Shown piece by piece: positions 11,715 through 24,620 of a stretch of DNA of 64,000 bases. Source of the DNA: Lingula anatina (lineage: Eukaryota; Animalia; Brachiopoda); NCBI GenBank assembly GCA_051362555.1, contig CM120643.1, positions 1,860,001 to 1,924,000 of the forward strand, read 5' to 3'. The notes below the pieces were generated by a model that did no database searches, was not told the DNA's origin, and worked only from the letters and a program-made list of their open reading frames with translations. Each line of letters opens with the position of its first letter. The first letter of the stretch is position 1. A program made the position numbers and the translations under genes.

Positions 11715-13136
11715 ACATACTTGGAATGTACTTTTAACCTCCAGTAAATGCTGCAGTGACTTTATATATGAGATTGAAACAGCATAATGTGGGAGTTGTC
11801 AAAAAAGTTTGGGATTTGGTGTAGCTTTGAGATATGTGGAAGATTTGACACAGTTGAATAGTGATTTAGGATTACTTATGATCTGTCACTGCCTCAATAA
11901 TATATGTTAAGATGCAAGGCAAAAGCAACACAAGAAGAGAGTGATGTGGAAACACAGTAAGACTGGCTTTGTCTGATAAGCTCAAATAGTGTACATGGTT
12001 TGTTTAACACAAAGATCCAGAATTGTGACATTCTTTCCCGTTTCTAATAAATGTATAAAAAGGCGGAACATTCAAATAACTTGCATAAGAAAATGTTAAT
12101 CTCCCTGTTCATCAGCTTTATATCTCAAGTTCTGCTAGTTCAAGTTCTTTGCATGATCAAACTGATCAGAGCATCAGTTATTGGTTTCTGTAATGGTATT
12201 AGTTCACTAAAACTATGTGAAATACACTCCTTAAGAGTTATAACACACCGCTAATGTATTTATATGTATTTCTTTTCTGGATTAAAGAGCATTATTTATC
12301 ATATCTCTTTTAAAAGAGTCAGAATCGCCATCAAATCGCTCTTGGGATTGCTTATGTATCTCATCCATGTAAAAAATGGAAAAGAGTAGAGCTGGAAATA
12401 TTCATGTCAGACCCAGTATAAAATTGTTTTAGTACTTTTGGAGTGGCATATACACTGTATATATATTAAAAGGATCGGAGTTCATCGCCCAAGTATGTAC
12501 AGTATTAGCCGGTGGCTCCCGGGCTGGGCAGTATTTTATAACTGTCACTGGCTGTAGCAATAAAAACTGAAACTTTTACAGTAATTTGAGTTCTGTCAAA
12601 GGAATAAATTGTAACTATAATGATACCTCAGAAATGATATATTGTAACTAAAAATGATACATCTAGGAGAAATAAGATTTTAGAAAAAGTCAGGTGTTTG
12701 AAATTTGTGAATGTTTACCGTATGTGACCATGTTGGGGAGAAAGAGGGTCAAGTATAAACCAATGATAACAAAATGTGAGATAAATATTCTATATTTTCA
12801 TTGTAATGTGATTAAATTTAAAACAAAAAAATTCAAGTAAAAGAATTTTCTGACTAAATGACGTTCATTAAAAATGACATTCGTAAATGATGATAATGTA
12901 AGACGAGCACCTTAAAAATATGTACAGCATCATCATGATAAAGAAATAGTATTAAGTAGAGACAAAATACGTGATCACAGTTCAGTAAAGATGTCCTTAT
13001 TTAACAGAAAGCCAAGTATCACCCTAGCATATTTCAGTACACAAGTTGTCCTATGTATACACATACAAAAGCTTTTGTATATCCAGGGTCTTTAAGCAAT
13101 GAGATGGACACACCAAATTGTGTGTAAGTGTACAAG

Positions 13137-13305
13137 CAGGGGCGGAATTAGGGCGTCTTCTGGGTCTTCCAGAAGACGGTCAGATTTTTAATTTTACATT
13201 GACAGGTATCTAATTTTTTTCTGTCGGAAGACGGTCAAAAATGGAGGATGAATCAACAAAGATAATTTGGAAGACTGTCAGAAAATAACTCCGGATCCGC
13301 CCCTG
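13137..13305. mobile_element. MITE, family A copy 1
   Basis: TIRs CAGGGGCGGA...TCCGCCCCTG; closely similar to 40611-40774. Confidence 0.75.
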
Positions 13306-13559
13306 TTCAAGTGCCATTATCTTATTGTACAAAGGACCAGCCTTGGGGTTATAACCTCTTCAAGTTTAAAAATACTGATGGCGAAATGTCAGAGGATCAG
13401 AAGGCATAGACTTCTTGATTTATCAAAATGGAATTCTGATTTACTTTGAATGCTTATGAGTCAGAGATATTTTAAATTTATTCTGTTTCATTAAAATTTG
13501 TCTTCTTGAACCTCTGAAGTAACCCATACACGCACAAGATTCCAATTTGTAATACGCGA

Positions 13560-16500
13560 CTAGAGTTTTGAACTGATGTGTGGAGCAGCAGATGATAGAG
13601 GACTGTTGAAGAACTGACATATAGGTGGCGCCACATCCTGAGCAGACGTCAAGTGGAGGTGGTGTTCTCCTGGCAACTCCAAATACTGGAACTGAAAGAG
13701 AAATGCATATGTGGAAAAATATGACAAAAAATATTCTCTAATTACTAGCCAAAACCTAAAACTGAAACAAAAACGCACTCTCATGATAAACAATAGAAAT
13801 CACTTTATTTGAATACAGGGCCCCTTGTGACAGTAATCCAAGTCCTCCAGATTCCTGGTAATGATTGTCCATAGGACATAGTCCTACTGGGACTTCGGTT
13901 CCTGGCTCCTATTTATTGACCAACCGGATGGCCTTGTGGTTAGAGTGTACGCCTCCGGAGTGGGTGGACGTGGGTTCAAAACCAGGCCGGGGACATACCA
14001 GTCCTTTATAAACAGTACCTGCTGTCTCCCCGCTTGGCACTCAGCACTAAGGGGTTGAAGCAGGGGCCTGGTCAGGCAGTGTAGAAATGATATATTAGCT
14101 CTGAGCGCCTAATATGGCAGGCGAGTATCCTCCCCAGGGAGGTGAAACCGTCTGCAAAGTGCAACAGTGCAAAAATGACCAGGCTTCCTTGACTTGAATA
14201 TTCATTTCATTTAAATAAATAAATTACATAATTGTATAACTTCAACCTTCGGGTTGCGATTTTCAAATAAAGATTATAATAATTATTATTATTATTGTAG
14301 GTAAGACTTGTATTACTGGCAGACTTTTATTCCTATGACAGTAATGCAAGTCTGGCCATTTGAAAGTCCTATCCTTATGCTGTAATACAATTAAATGATA
14401 CAATAAAAAATGTAAATGGAAATTATTCTGGTGAACCATATATAAAACAAAACTTGGATGGTTTGCAACTTCAGCTCGTCAGTGTAGAGGTCAGCATGCA
14501 AGGCCGAAACGTAATCAATATGGAGGCAACTACCACATCCAAAGGGTTCGAATCCTACTGATGACCATATGACACCCCTCCCCCCACCCTCTCGTCTGAT
14601 ATTTAGGCCTAGAACTTTGTTAAAATATTTTTTTATTTATTTTATTTTATTTTATTTTTTGCTTTATTTACCTTGTGTTAAGGTCAAGGTCATTTATTTA
14701 TTTATTTTTTTCAAATCAGTTTCCTGACAAGTCAGTTTGGTCACACGCGTCTTTTGGAGGGTATATAAAGAGACGTGGCATTTCACAGTCCCACCCATTG
14801 TAACCATGGAAGTAGCTGCGAAGAGACGCAAAAAACCAGATATTCAAACAATTTTGACATATCTCAGGGAAAATAAATATCCTCCAGAAGCTTCATTCAA
14901 AGAAAAAAGGGTAATTAGAAGAGCCAGTAAAGACAACTACAAGGTAAATCATTTTCTTAAAATTCATATTAACCTTAAAGCTTTATAAGTATTAATTTGT
15001 ATACCTCAAAGATACTTTTATTACCAGGACAGCATGCCCACGGACTTTTACTACCAGGACAGCATGTCCGTGGACTTCTATTACCAGTACAGCATGTCCA
15101 ACCATTGTCACTTCTAATGCACATCGGCGGCCTACAGACATTAGGAAGCATGTTCTAGCAAATATAATTAGAGGATATATGCTTTCAGTACGCATATTAT
15201 TTGCTTTAGCAAAATGTTTATTGCTCTTTTCAATGCTTGGTATGCGGAAATCTGTAATCTTTACTTATGAATTAATTTTTTTCAGCTCAAGAGAGGAGAA
15301 CTTTTCTATAAAGTGCAGAAAAAACCCAAACAAAATGTTGAAACCAATGATGAATCAGGGGGTGAAGGCACCTCTTCAATGATAACTGAAACATCATGGA
15401 GAAAAGTTATAACAAACCAGGAAGAAATAAAGGAGCTGGAGTCCATGCTGATGAAAGTGACAGGAAGAAATGATTGGGACCAGCAGTTACATCAAGTTAC
15501 ATTTGGTTATAACACTGCGAAACACCACACCACTGGATACTCGCCCTTCGATCTGATGTTTGGAAGGTAAGATACCATGCACTTAAACAAGACTCTTAAC
15601 GACGGAGTCAAAATCCCAAATATATATCAGCATTCTATGGGTAAATCGTGTTTTTCAAATACTATCTTAATTTTCTTAACTCCAATGAGATCGATTTTTT
15701 TTTTAAATTTCAGCTAATGCAACACCGTTACATTATCTTATAATATAGATAAAGTGTAGGTCTTAAATGGCGATATATCATTCATTTGATGAACTGAGAA
15801 GGTAAAAAGACTAAAAATTCTTCAGCAAATGAAAAGAATCTTTATGATTAACTACCATAACGGCACAATTTAAGTCATCACTGGGTTCCTAAACATGATA
15901 CGTTGCTCTCATGTCCTGTATGTTCATAATTGTGTTCTAATTTTATAATGTTATCATGAATGTTTTGGTGATATTTTGTTCTCATTACTTATTGTTTGGC
16001 TTACAGAGAGCCTAATCTTCCCTCTGATATCAACAGACAAGATGATCAACAACACGTTGAGCCAACTGAGGAAGAATATGAGGACGAATAAGAGTTACAA
16101 GAATGAGATCGTCTGTTGGGAAAAAAGCACAGGACAGACAAAAGAAAAATTATGATGCGCGTCGTAAAACACAAAAGGTACAGCCCCAATAAAATCATTA
16201 AATAGCATGTAAATATAGATTTATTACCGCCTCTCACTGTAGTTAATAATTTGTTTTCAAACCATGTAAGAATTAAACACAATATTCATTGCGATTAATT
16301 TACTCAGAGTTTAATTTCCACTTTAAATAAAAAAGTTTATTATTATATTCTTAGGAAATACCTGGAGGCACCAAAGCCCTGAAGAGAAATCTAAGACGAC
16401 AAGACCGAAAAGGAGGGAAAGATGAAATGCCATGGCTGGGGCCTTATATAGTAAAAAAAATATCAGATAAAACAGGGGCTTACATTGTATGCACTGAGGA

Positions 16501-19500
16501 AGGCACTACACTCAAAGGATGCGTGAACGCGTTCAACTTAAAGATTTACGTTGAGTAAAACATGTACATGATATACAATTGAACAAAAATATGGAAGCCA
16601 TGTTTATTTTTTTGGTTTTGTTTTGTTTTTTATTATGCATATAAACCTGCCTATCGGAAAATGAAAACATCGTAAAATATTAAAATAAAATGTCATATTA
16701 ATGAAATAAAGAAACGGTTTATTATATCTTTAAAACTAGTGTATTTCTATATCTATTTATTCATGTTATTTCTCGGTGTAAACCATATAGGGCGTGTTAC
16801 TAAAATGTTAGGAACGCAAGTCCCATTAGGACGTGCATTACTACACGTAGGACTTGCATTACTTGGTAGCCTTTGTCCTACGGACATTGAATCCTAGTAA
16901 TGTATGTCCTAAAACTTCCATTCCTAGCAATGCATGCCCTAGGACTTGCATTCCCAGGACTTATTGTCCGGGCGGACTTGCGTTACTAGGACATGCACTC
17001 CTGCCACACTCTGTCTTTCAAATGTGACTGACAATAACTGATAAATTTGATTATAAGAAATTTGTTACCATGTATTTCAAAAATGAAACAAAATGAAACT
17101 TTGACCCAAAACCAATCAAAATTTTCTTTCTTCAAGGAACAGGATATCTCTAATATCACATTATAAATGAGAAATTTATTAATCAGTCACCTTTAAAGGA
17201 CAGTTCCCTAACAGGCAAAACGATTCTCAGCAGACGACAGATATTCTGAGAAAAACTGGCATATAGATGGCGCCACAACTTCTGCTGATACAAGATGAGC
17301 GTAGTGATTTCCTGGCAACTCGACATATTCAAACTAAAATGAGAGGGAGACTCACTGTAAAGAACATCACTTCATACAGACTTACGTAAATACACAGAAG
17401 TTGTTTTTTTTCTTTCTTTTACATTACTTATAATATTTAAATGCTGAAAGTGCAAAAATCAAAAGTTCATGGTAAAGTGCTCACACAGAGAACAGAAGAT
17501 GCCAGAAAGGTCAACCTGAAGTGATCTTCACTTACCTTGGAACAACTCTGGCTGAATGCTTCAGAAAATTGTTGCCTTCGTGCCTTTTCAAAGTCAGGAC
17601 TATGAAGAAACCTGGGGCAAAAAAATGTTACAAACTTACAGACTTTTTAAGAGACAACATATTTCAGTACAAGAGTAATGAGTTTCCAAAAGAGGATTAC
17701 ATAAAAATTTATAACAAAGAAAATCTTTTTAACAAATCCACAAAGTATAACCATGAAAAATGTTCAGACATGCACAAAACTTTAGAAGAAAATTCTGCTT
17801 CCTATACTTGAATGTAAATCACACCCTGAAAGAAAGAGCCTCTTCAAAATTGAGGACGACATCTAGTAACACCTGCTTCTTCCTGAACTTATCTCTGAAT
17901 TTCAGGGTGGTTACATTAAACTAACATCACATACCTCAAGGCAAGATATTCACACTTCATTTGTTTGATGAACGCTAAGAGATGATCGTTGGAAAATGAT
18001 AATGGCGTCCTCTGAAAATAGATTACAAAATATCAGAGTTATAATCCTCACATATAATTTGTGTTAAAATTATCTGCACTAACTTATGAAAACCTTTTAT
18101 TTTTTGCAGTTTATAACAATATATCACATGACACATATTGTGCAGAAAATTGAACAGAATAGGAAACAAGATGTGTTACTGTGTTTACAAAATAAAATCT
18201 TGTATAGTCAGTTACACCATACTCACAGTTTTTACTTTATGATCTCTTGTAAACATTACTCTTCCATCTAAAATTAAATAAATACAACTATAAATTCACC
18301 TTTCATGAGCAAATAGATGAAATACTTGACACTGACATTTAACCATATTTTAAAAAGTTATGGATACATGAAAAATATAGACTACTTGATGTAAAATCAG
18401 AATATATATGCAAATGTTGCAGGTCAACATGCATGTATCATGTCTATACATTACTGCAGATTGAGGTGTAAAGTAATATTGTTTGGATTAACTTATTATA
18501 TATGGGGTATAATGTACCTTCCAAAACTTTAGTTCCTCTCTCTAGAAGTATTTTCCCAGCTTCTTCTGTCAGAGAGGCATTAGCATCAAGAAGTCTACAA
18601 TAATAATAATAATAATAATAATAATGATAACATAATCTGCTAATAAATAAAATGTCACTTAAACACTCAAGAAAAGAAATTAATCAAGGGGATAAATGAC
18701 AAGACAAGATACACACCTTTTCAAAGCTGCCTCAGGAGTGTATGTCTTCTCTTCTTTATTTACAGTTTCAATACCCAGTGTCTGCTCTATAGACGTCCTC
18801 AACAGTGACGGTGCCATTTCCTGAAGGTGAAGGTCATATAAAACAGAGAAAGGCCTAGAATTCTACTGGAGGTATGGAAATGATAGTAGTGTCACAGAGT
18901 GCCAAAAGTAATAATAGAGACAATGTGTATGATTTTGAAGGAAAGCAAAATTGCATATAATTTTATTTCACGAGAAATAGGTTTTTCGTGTGAAAAATTC
19001 TATAACCACACCTTCCGAAAATTCAATAAAAATAATTGACACAATCATTGGTTTTGGGGAAAATTTTATCTTATTTCACTCTTCTAATGGAGTGCACTAA
19101 AACTGCTATCTACTCACAGGATCTCTTGACACAGGTGCCATCAAATCCAGAGACACGACCCTCTCCACAAGCTCTGGGAACAGACCTGCAAACTGGAGCA
19201 GAAGAAATATTTCAACTTCATAATCTTCCTCCTCCTCTCTCTCTGTTCTGTTTCTCTCTCTCTCTCTCTGTCTCTCTACCTCCACCCTCTATACAGTGTT
19301 TCTGTCCCCTTCTCTCTCTCTCTCTCTCTCAGACACACACATACACACACAAAAATTGAATCTGGCTTTTATTAGCCAATACCTTCTATAATGAACACAT
19401 AACTAATGGCATGAACTGTCACATTTAAATTACCGTATAACTGACATATTTGACATATTTTCAAAACTGTCACACCTAACACAATGAATGCCAATAACAC

Positions 19501-22500
19501 AATGATACTGCCACATCTTGCACATTGACATGACCACACCTAACACTATGCTGTCACACCTAACACAATAACACTGTCACACCTAACACATTTAACACTA
19601 TGCTCTGTCACACCTAACACAATAGCACTGTCACACCTAACACAATAACACTGTCACACCTAACACAATAACACTGTCACAGCTAACACAATGACTGCCA
19701 ATAACACAGTGATACTGCCACATATGCACGTTGACATGACCACACCTAACACATTTAACACTATGCTCTGTCACACCTAACACAATAACACTGTCACACC
19801 TAACACATTGACACTAATACAACAAGTGTCACACCAAACACAATGACTGTCAAACCTAACACAACGACACTTTCAGTCTTATGGCAGTTCAATCCTACTC
19901 ACTATTACTCCTATCCCTCCTCCCATACTGTGGCCTATTATGGAGAACCTCTTCCACTTCAGCACTGTGTAGGAGAAATATGAAAACAAACTGGATTGCA
20001 TTTCAAAATATAGCAGTTTAACATAAATGTTTACCTTTCAGTATTTCATTTTTCTTTATTTGCCTTTTGAATACATATAACCTGAATCAGGGCTTTTCCC
20101 AGGATTGGGGTTACAGGTGGTCCAAAATTACCACCTGTAATTTCCTCAAAAATTTCAGGGAGTCCGTGTTTGCCTGAGGCCGTCATAATTCCAAAAAATC
20201 CATAAGCCGTCAAACTATCTTTGAAAATATGTGATGGTAATGCTGGCGCCGCCTAAATGATGGCTGGATGGTTAGCTGGGAAAACTCTTGATCTGAATCC
20301 CAAAGAGCTGTATTTATAACCTTACCATCAACGACTCTCTTGATATCAAAGAGATACTCCACAAACTGGTTCGGGAGACCAGGAGGTCTGTGAGAGGAAC
20401 GGCCATGACCTGGGAAGTCCAGGACTATAAAGTAAAAGTCTGTAAGAGAAAAATAAAGTTATGAGCAAAAGACATAAGAAAATGTCAACCAGAAAATGGT
20501 GAAGCTAAGAGAAGTTTTAGCAATCAACCTCTCATTTTAATTTTACAGCATATAACAAACTAGCTAGAGATAAGAGGGCTACTGGCAAGGTATCAGATGT
20601 GCCAAAAGTATAGCTGCTGTATCTACTCCAGCCCCCACCCCCCTCAGTTAATATTTTACAGAACATATAAGGGTGCATTCCCAGAGATTTAGATGGATCC
20701 AGAGATTAAGATTTAGATCGACCTATGGGAATGGGGTCTAACACACCTGCTGGTGGCAGTAAGGGGGGGGGCTAAGGCATCAAATGAGTTAGTATTATCT
20801 TGCCCCCCCCCTTAATCCTCCCCCCCCCCTCAACACACCCCACAGTTATTATATATACAGTACAAGTATCAAACCTGTTGGAAGTAAGGGAGCTAAGGCA
20901 TCAAATGAGTTGGCATTGTCCTGCCAGCCGTGAAGTCCCAAAACAGGCCGCCCCCCGGGGTGACCCCAAACCTTGGCTGCTATATGACCCCAGGGGACTG
21001 GAAACCTAACCTCATCTGTCAGCTGAAAATAAAGTGAAAAACTTGACACTGGTTATCAGCATCAGTTAGCATCATGGCAAGTTTAAATATTTAAATTACA
21101 GTGTCTGCAGAGCCATGCTTGGGTAAAGGTCCAACCCTAATTATTCAGGACAGAAGACCCGAAAAACCACAGATGTCACTTATTAATGACTTATCAAAAC
21201 AAACAGGAAGTAACATAAAAAATGTTATGAATGATAAAGTGATCACTAGTAATACTATGAAAACTATGGACAACGACTACCCCTCCCCCCGTTAATCAAT
21301 CTCCTATTGATTTATACAGTTAAGTCCTGTCCTAGATTTTGACCCATCGCATCCTGATAACCTTAGAACTTATATGATTTAAGGCCGGTGATAGGGTTAA
21401 ATACGCTTAAATTCATGTTTTTGAGTTTTTTGTGTGTTTATATTAATCAAAAAAGTATCTAACGTTGGATGTAATAATTTTTATGAATTTGCATTGCAAA
21501 ATGTGTCTTTTGATGAGTTTTTCAACCGGCACGCGCCCCAGTCAGGCTGACAACTAAGCCACGCCTCTGTTACTAAGGGCCGTTGCCATGAGGGGGTCGG
21601 AGCACATCTAATGAGTTATAAGCTGATTGCGTGTGCCGTAATAGGTCATAAGTCTCACATCAGCTTAGCAGCGAAGAAGTCTAGCTAGTACACTATGGGG
21701 AAGAGAAAAGTTCGTGTTAAAAGTCCATTTCCTGAGGAAAGAAAGAAAATTTTGAAAGAGAGTAGGGCCTATGCATGGCGGCTGGGGAAAACCGGTCCTA
21801 TTTGTTCATACGGATGACTGATTTCTGAATACCTAATAAATGGACAAAAGAGTTAATCGAATCGTCTAAATTAATTGACAAATGAAAGAAAAATCGATAA
21901 ATAAAAAAAAAAACGCTAAAAAGGATACTTTTAGCCTAGCTAATTTTTGCAATATATATCGGCGAGCGTATCTGCGACACGTTACGAAACCGAAAATGAT
22001 TGTTGGTCGCCGTTTGCAAAAGGTAAATCTAATGTTGCCAAAATAAAATTTTATTCTCCAAGATATGATATCATGGAGCTTGAGAAACACGCGAAAAATT
22101 GTGATGTGAATGGACAAACGAGAGAAATCCAAGCAAGGGTTGACAGCATGATTAAAACAATAAAAATAAAAACGCATGTTAGCGGCTTTGCATTTTGCGA
22201 TGTTTGGAGAAAAACAATTTCAAAATCACTGATCAAGCGGGAAGAAAGAGTTCAAAATGTATCCAAAAATGAAAATCACAAAAAGACCCCGAGAATAGTC
22301 AAGACTAGCAGGTAAAAAGCAAATAGGGTCTAAGTGTCATGTGTGTAAAAATAAAATATTTATTCAAAAGCCTTCTCTCAGCCACTTTTATCGCTGATTC
22401 TTGTGCAGCTGAGCGTCTCCCCTTTATCTTAGCTGGCATTTTGAGAAATACCACTATGAAGTAATCACTGCAACATCGTGCAAAATAATCCTGCAGCGTT

Positions 22501-24195
22501 ACCCGTCAAAAAACTCGTATTAACACAAGTGACGGACACTTGCTCTCGACACAGTTTTATGTGATCACTTTGCCGATAACAAAGAAGGAATCTCTCAGGT
22601 AAAATTACTCGATTGCCGAGAAAGAGCCATTGAAACGTTCAAATGTAACTTCACACCTCTTAATTGCGGTTAAACGTAATCGCCTTTGTTAGCGCTTCCT
22701 TCTACATATCCTTGACACCCTACGGGGCATCACTAGGCTAGGGCCCCTCTCCAGAGCTGTCAATCAAAATGGCGGCACGCTTACATGCCTAACGAGTGGT
22801 CGGAAAATGTAACAAAAGCACAATTTTCTGCCCCTTCAAAGCACCCAAACAAAATATTTTTAGATGACAATAAACAATGGTTCCATCTGATCGTATAACC
22901 GATAACAGGTAAATTTGCCAGCTAAGCATTTGACTAATAAGCCCTGTTAACCAACCTGTGAACGTTTTTGGCTGTTTTAACAGCTTTCTATATTGACGAG
23001 ATAAGTGAATCGCTGCCAAGTATATCTCACTATCTGAGCAACCGATCGTTACAAAAGTTGCACCTATTGTTGTTAGGAATGTGGACTACAGCATGATATC
23101 AGGGGTTTAAGAGGAAATTATTTGTTTGAAAGTTATCGCCTTTTGAAGTGAATAACCCATTGAAATATGGGCTGATTTAACGTAAAAGATGATCAAATCA
23201 AAAGTAAATAGTTTAAGACAATTCCCTGGTACCGCGCTGTAGTGCTTTCACCCAGCTTTATGAGGCCTTTTGAATCACTTGAATAGCTGTCTTGGTTATA
23301 GAGAAAATCCCAATACCGAAAACGGCATTTTTCCCCTCAAATTGGCGCCAGAGCGTCATCCGTTGGACACTGTACTTAATCCCCGTCTTTAATTGTCCTT
23401 TTGGGAAGTTTGTTTTAATTTTTTATAAAAACTTATAAGCCCAGGGCTTTGTTTCTATGACTTTGGTCCTTTTACTATCAGTCACCTTAACAGAGGTACT
23501 TCTAGTACCCCGGGTAGTCGCCAGACCCTCAGACTGAGTTTCCAAACACCAGCCACTGTCATCATATACCACCAAACACCAGCCACTGTCATCACATACC
23601 ACCAAACACCAGCGACTGTCATCATATACCACCCAACACCAGCCACTGTCATCATATACCACCCAACACCAGCCACTGTCATCATATACCACCCAACACC
23701 AGCCACTGTCATCATATACCACCCAACACCAGCCACTGTCATCATATACCAGTAGCCACATCAGGGATGATGGTCCCTGACAAGAACTATGTACCTGATA
23801 AAATTAACCCATATCAACCCTACATGTACCCCCGCACCCCCACCCCCAAACATGAATACTGAGTAAATAAATTTCCAGATCTTAATTTAAAATGGATGGC
23901 ACACTGACAAACGATGAGACCCATAAAACCATATCACGTGGACACTAAGTATCTTCTTGATTTCACTTTTCAGTTAACATGAAGGGGATGACTGAAACGC
24001 AAGAAATATATCAGACTGAAAATTAAATCGGCAAATGACTGGCGTTTGGAAATGTTTACATTTGCATATAATTTAAAAGATTAATCATTAAAGCCTTCAA
24101 ATTTTTACCTGTAGTTTTCTAGCACCACTCGTGGAACTTGTAGCCATAGTGTGTCTGAAGTTGTACCTGTATATTGACCGCAGGAGTCGAGACAT
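13560..24195 (-). CDS. SERHL: Serine hydrolase-like protein (SERHL/kraken family alpha/beta hydrolase), isoform with distal last exon ending SKL
   Basis: Frame-consistent exons 24195-24109, 21022-20875 ([17 protein letters not shown]...[12 protein letters not shown]), 20439-20326 ([11 protein letters not shown]), 19964-19903 (IIGHSMGG nucleophile elbow), 19192-19118, 18820-18717, 18594-18518, 18267-18227, 18011-17935, 17611-17536, 13691-13560 (LPGEHHLHL...HISSKL*). All introns GT-AG; AATAAA at 13482-13477. Confidence 0.9.
13918..14190 (+). mobile_element. tRNA-derived SINE with MetaSINE-like core, nested in the Ginger element
   Basis: A box TGGCCTTGTGG, B box GGTTCAAAACC, then GTACCTGCTGTCTCCCCGCTTGGCACTCAGCACTAAGGGG resembling the Meta domain. 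3' end is approximate. Confidence 0.75.
14806..16558 (+). pseudogene. Spliced Gypsy-integrase-like transposase lacking the HHCC/DDE core
   Basis: TATA at ~14762; exons 14806-14943 ([11 protein letters not shown]...KRVIRRAS), 15286-15566 (GELFY...WRKVI...[33 protein letters not shown]), 16007-16177 (EPNLP...stops, [10 protein letters not shown]), 16355-16558 (frameshift, WLGPYIV...[13 protein letters not shown] module). Confidence 0.8.
17208..17333 (-). CDS. SERHL: SERHL alternative proximal last exon without PTS1
   Basis: TTTTAG acceptor, phase 0, [41 protein letters not shown]; paralogous to 13691-13560; own AATAAA at 17180-17175. Confidence 0.85.
   Translation of the reverse strand, partial: FEYVELPGNHYAHLVSAEVVAPSICQFFSEYLSSAENRFAC
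19440..19872. repeat. Degenerate ~23-bp minisatellite in a SERHL intron
   Basis: Repeated CTGTCACACCTAACACAATAACA variants. Confidence 0.85.
20088..20290. mobile_element. hAT-like MITE
   Basis: TIRs CAGGGCTTTTCCCAG / CTGGGAAAACTCTTG; 8-bp flanks ACCTGAAT / ATCTGAAT (7 of 8 match). Confidence 0.75.
21383..23388. mobile_element. Possible TTAA-flanked non-autonomous DNA transposon (Kolobok-like?)
   Basis: TTAA on both sides, weak TIRs (GGCCGGTGAT vs AGACGGGGAT), CpG-rich interior unlike the host intron, short convergent basic ORF starts at ~21695 (+) and ~22439 (-). Confidence 0.3.
23541..23750. repeat. 30-bp tandem repeat, about 7 copies
   Basis: CCAACACCAGCCACTGTCATCATATACCAC units; explains the spurious repetitive ORFs 23423-23761 and 23482-23745. 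Confidence 0.95.
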
Positions 24196-24199
24196 CCGC

Positions 24200-24620
24200 G
24201 ACAAACTCTACTGTAGGCGACTTGAGTGCACTTGTACTTTTATTACTGAAACCAACGTGAATATGTGAACTTTGAACTCGGCTCTGGTACCAAGATAAGC
24301 TATGTTTTATTGTAATAACACTGCATAAGAATACAAAATTTATATAAGATGTACAACAAATCTACCTCAAAAGCAATAACAGCTGCAAACCTAAATGTCA
24401 TCATTTTTTCAGATAATTGAAATATTATCAAATGGCTTGTCTTGTATTCACACGAGAAGTGGCGAGAACTTAAAATGACCCACGCTTGAAGATAAAAGGG
24501 AAAAGAGGTAAAATAAAAGGCACTTATTGCGAGATTTAAAACTGTCTATATGAAATAAAATACCACAGAAAAGTTAAAAAGGATAGTGACATTAAATTAA
24601 AAAATGAATGGAACGCAGAT
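24200..24620. promoter_or_regulatory. Putative bidirectional promoter of SERHL and NCOA5
   Basis: Head-to-head genes with start codons at 24195 (-) and 24956 (+); candidate NCOA5 5'UTR exon ending near 24664 (GAG|GTAGC). Confidence 0.55.

Larger units (their letters stand above)
13826..17008 (+). mobile_element. Ginger-like (Gypsy-integrase) DNA transposon, non-autonomous deletion derivative
   Basis: Imperfect TIRs (left TGTGACAGTAATCCAAGTCCT, right reverse complement TGTGGCAGGAGTGCATGTCCT), flanks CCCT/CTCT, subterminal AGGACTTGCATTAC-like repeats, spliced integrase-like gene inside, no gag or RT. Confidence 0.7.

Noticed and set aside
17826-17896. Extra alternative SERHL penultimate exon ([13 protein letters not shown]...)
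   Set aside because: Phase is compatible, but the upstream intron would be only about 38 nt with a poor pyrimidine tract and there is no similarity to the real exon.
23423-23761. Repetitive W/C/D-rich ORFs
   Set aside because: Product of a 30-bp intronic tandem repeat; no splice support.
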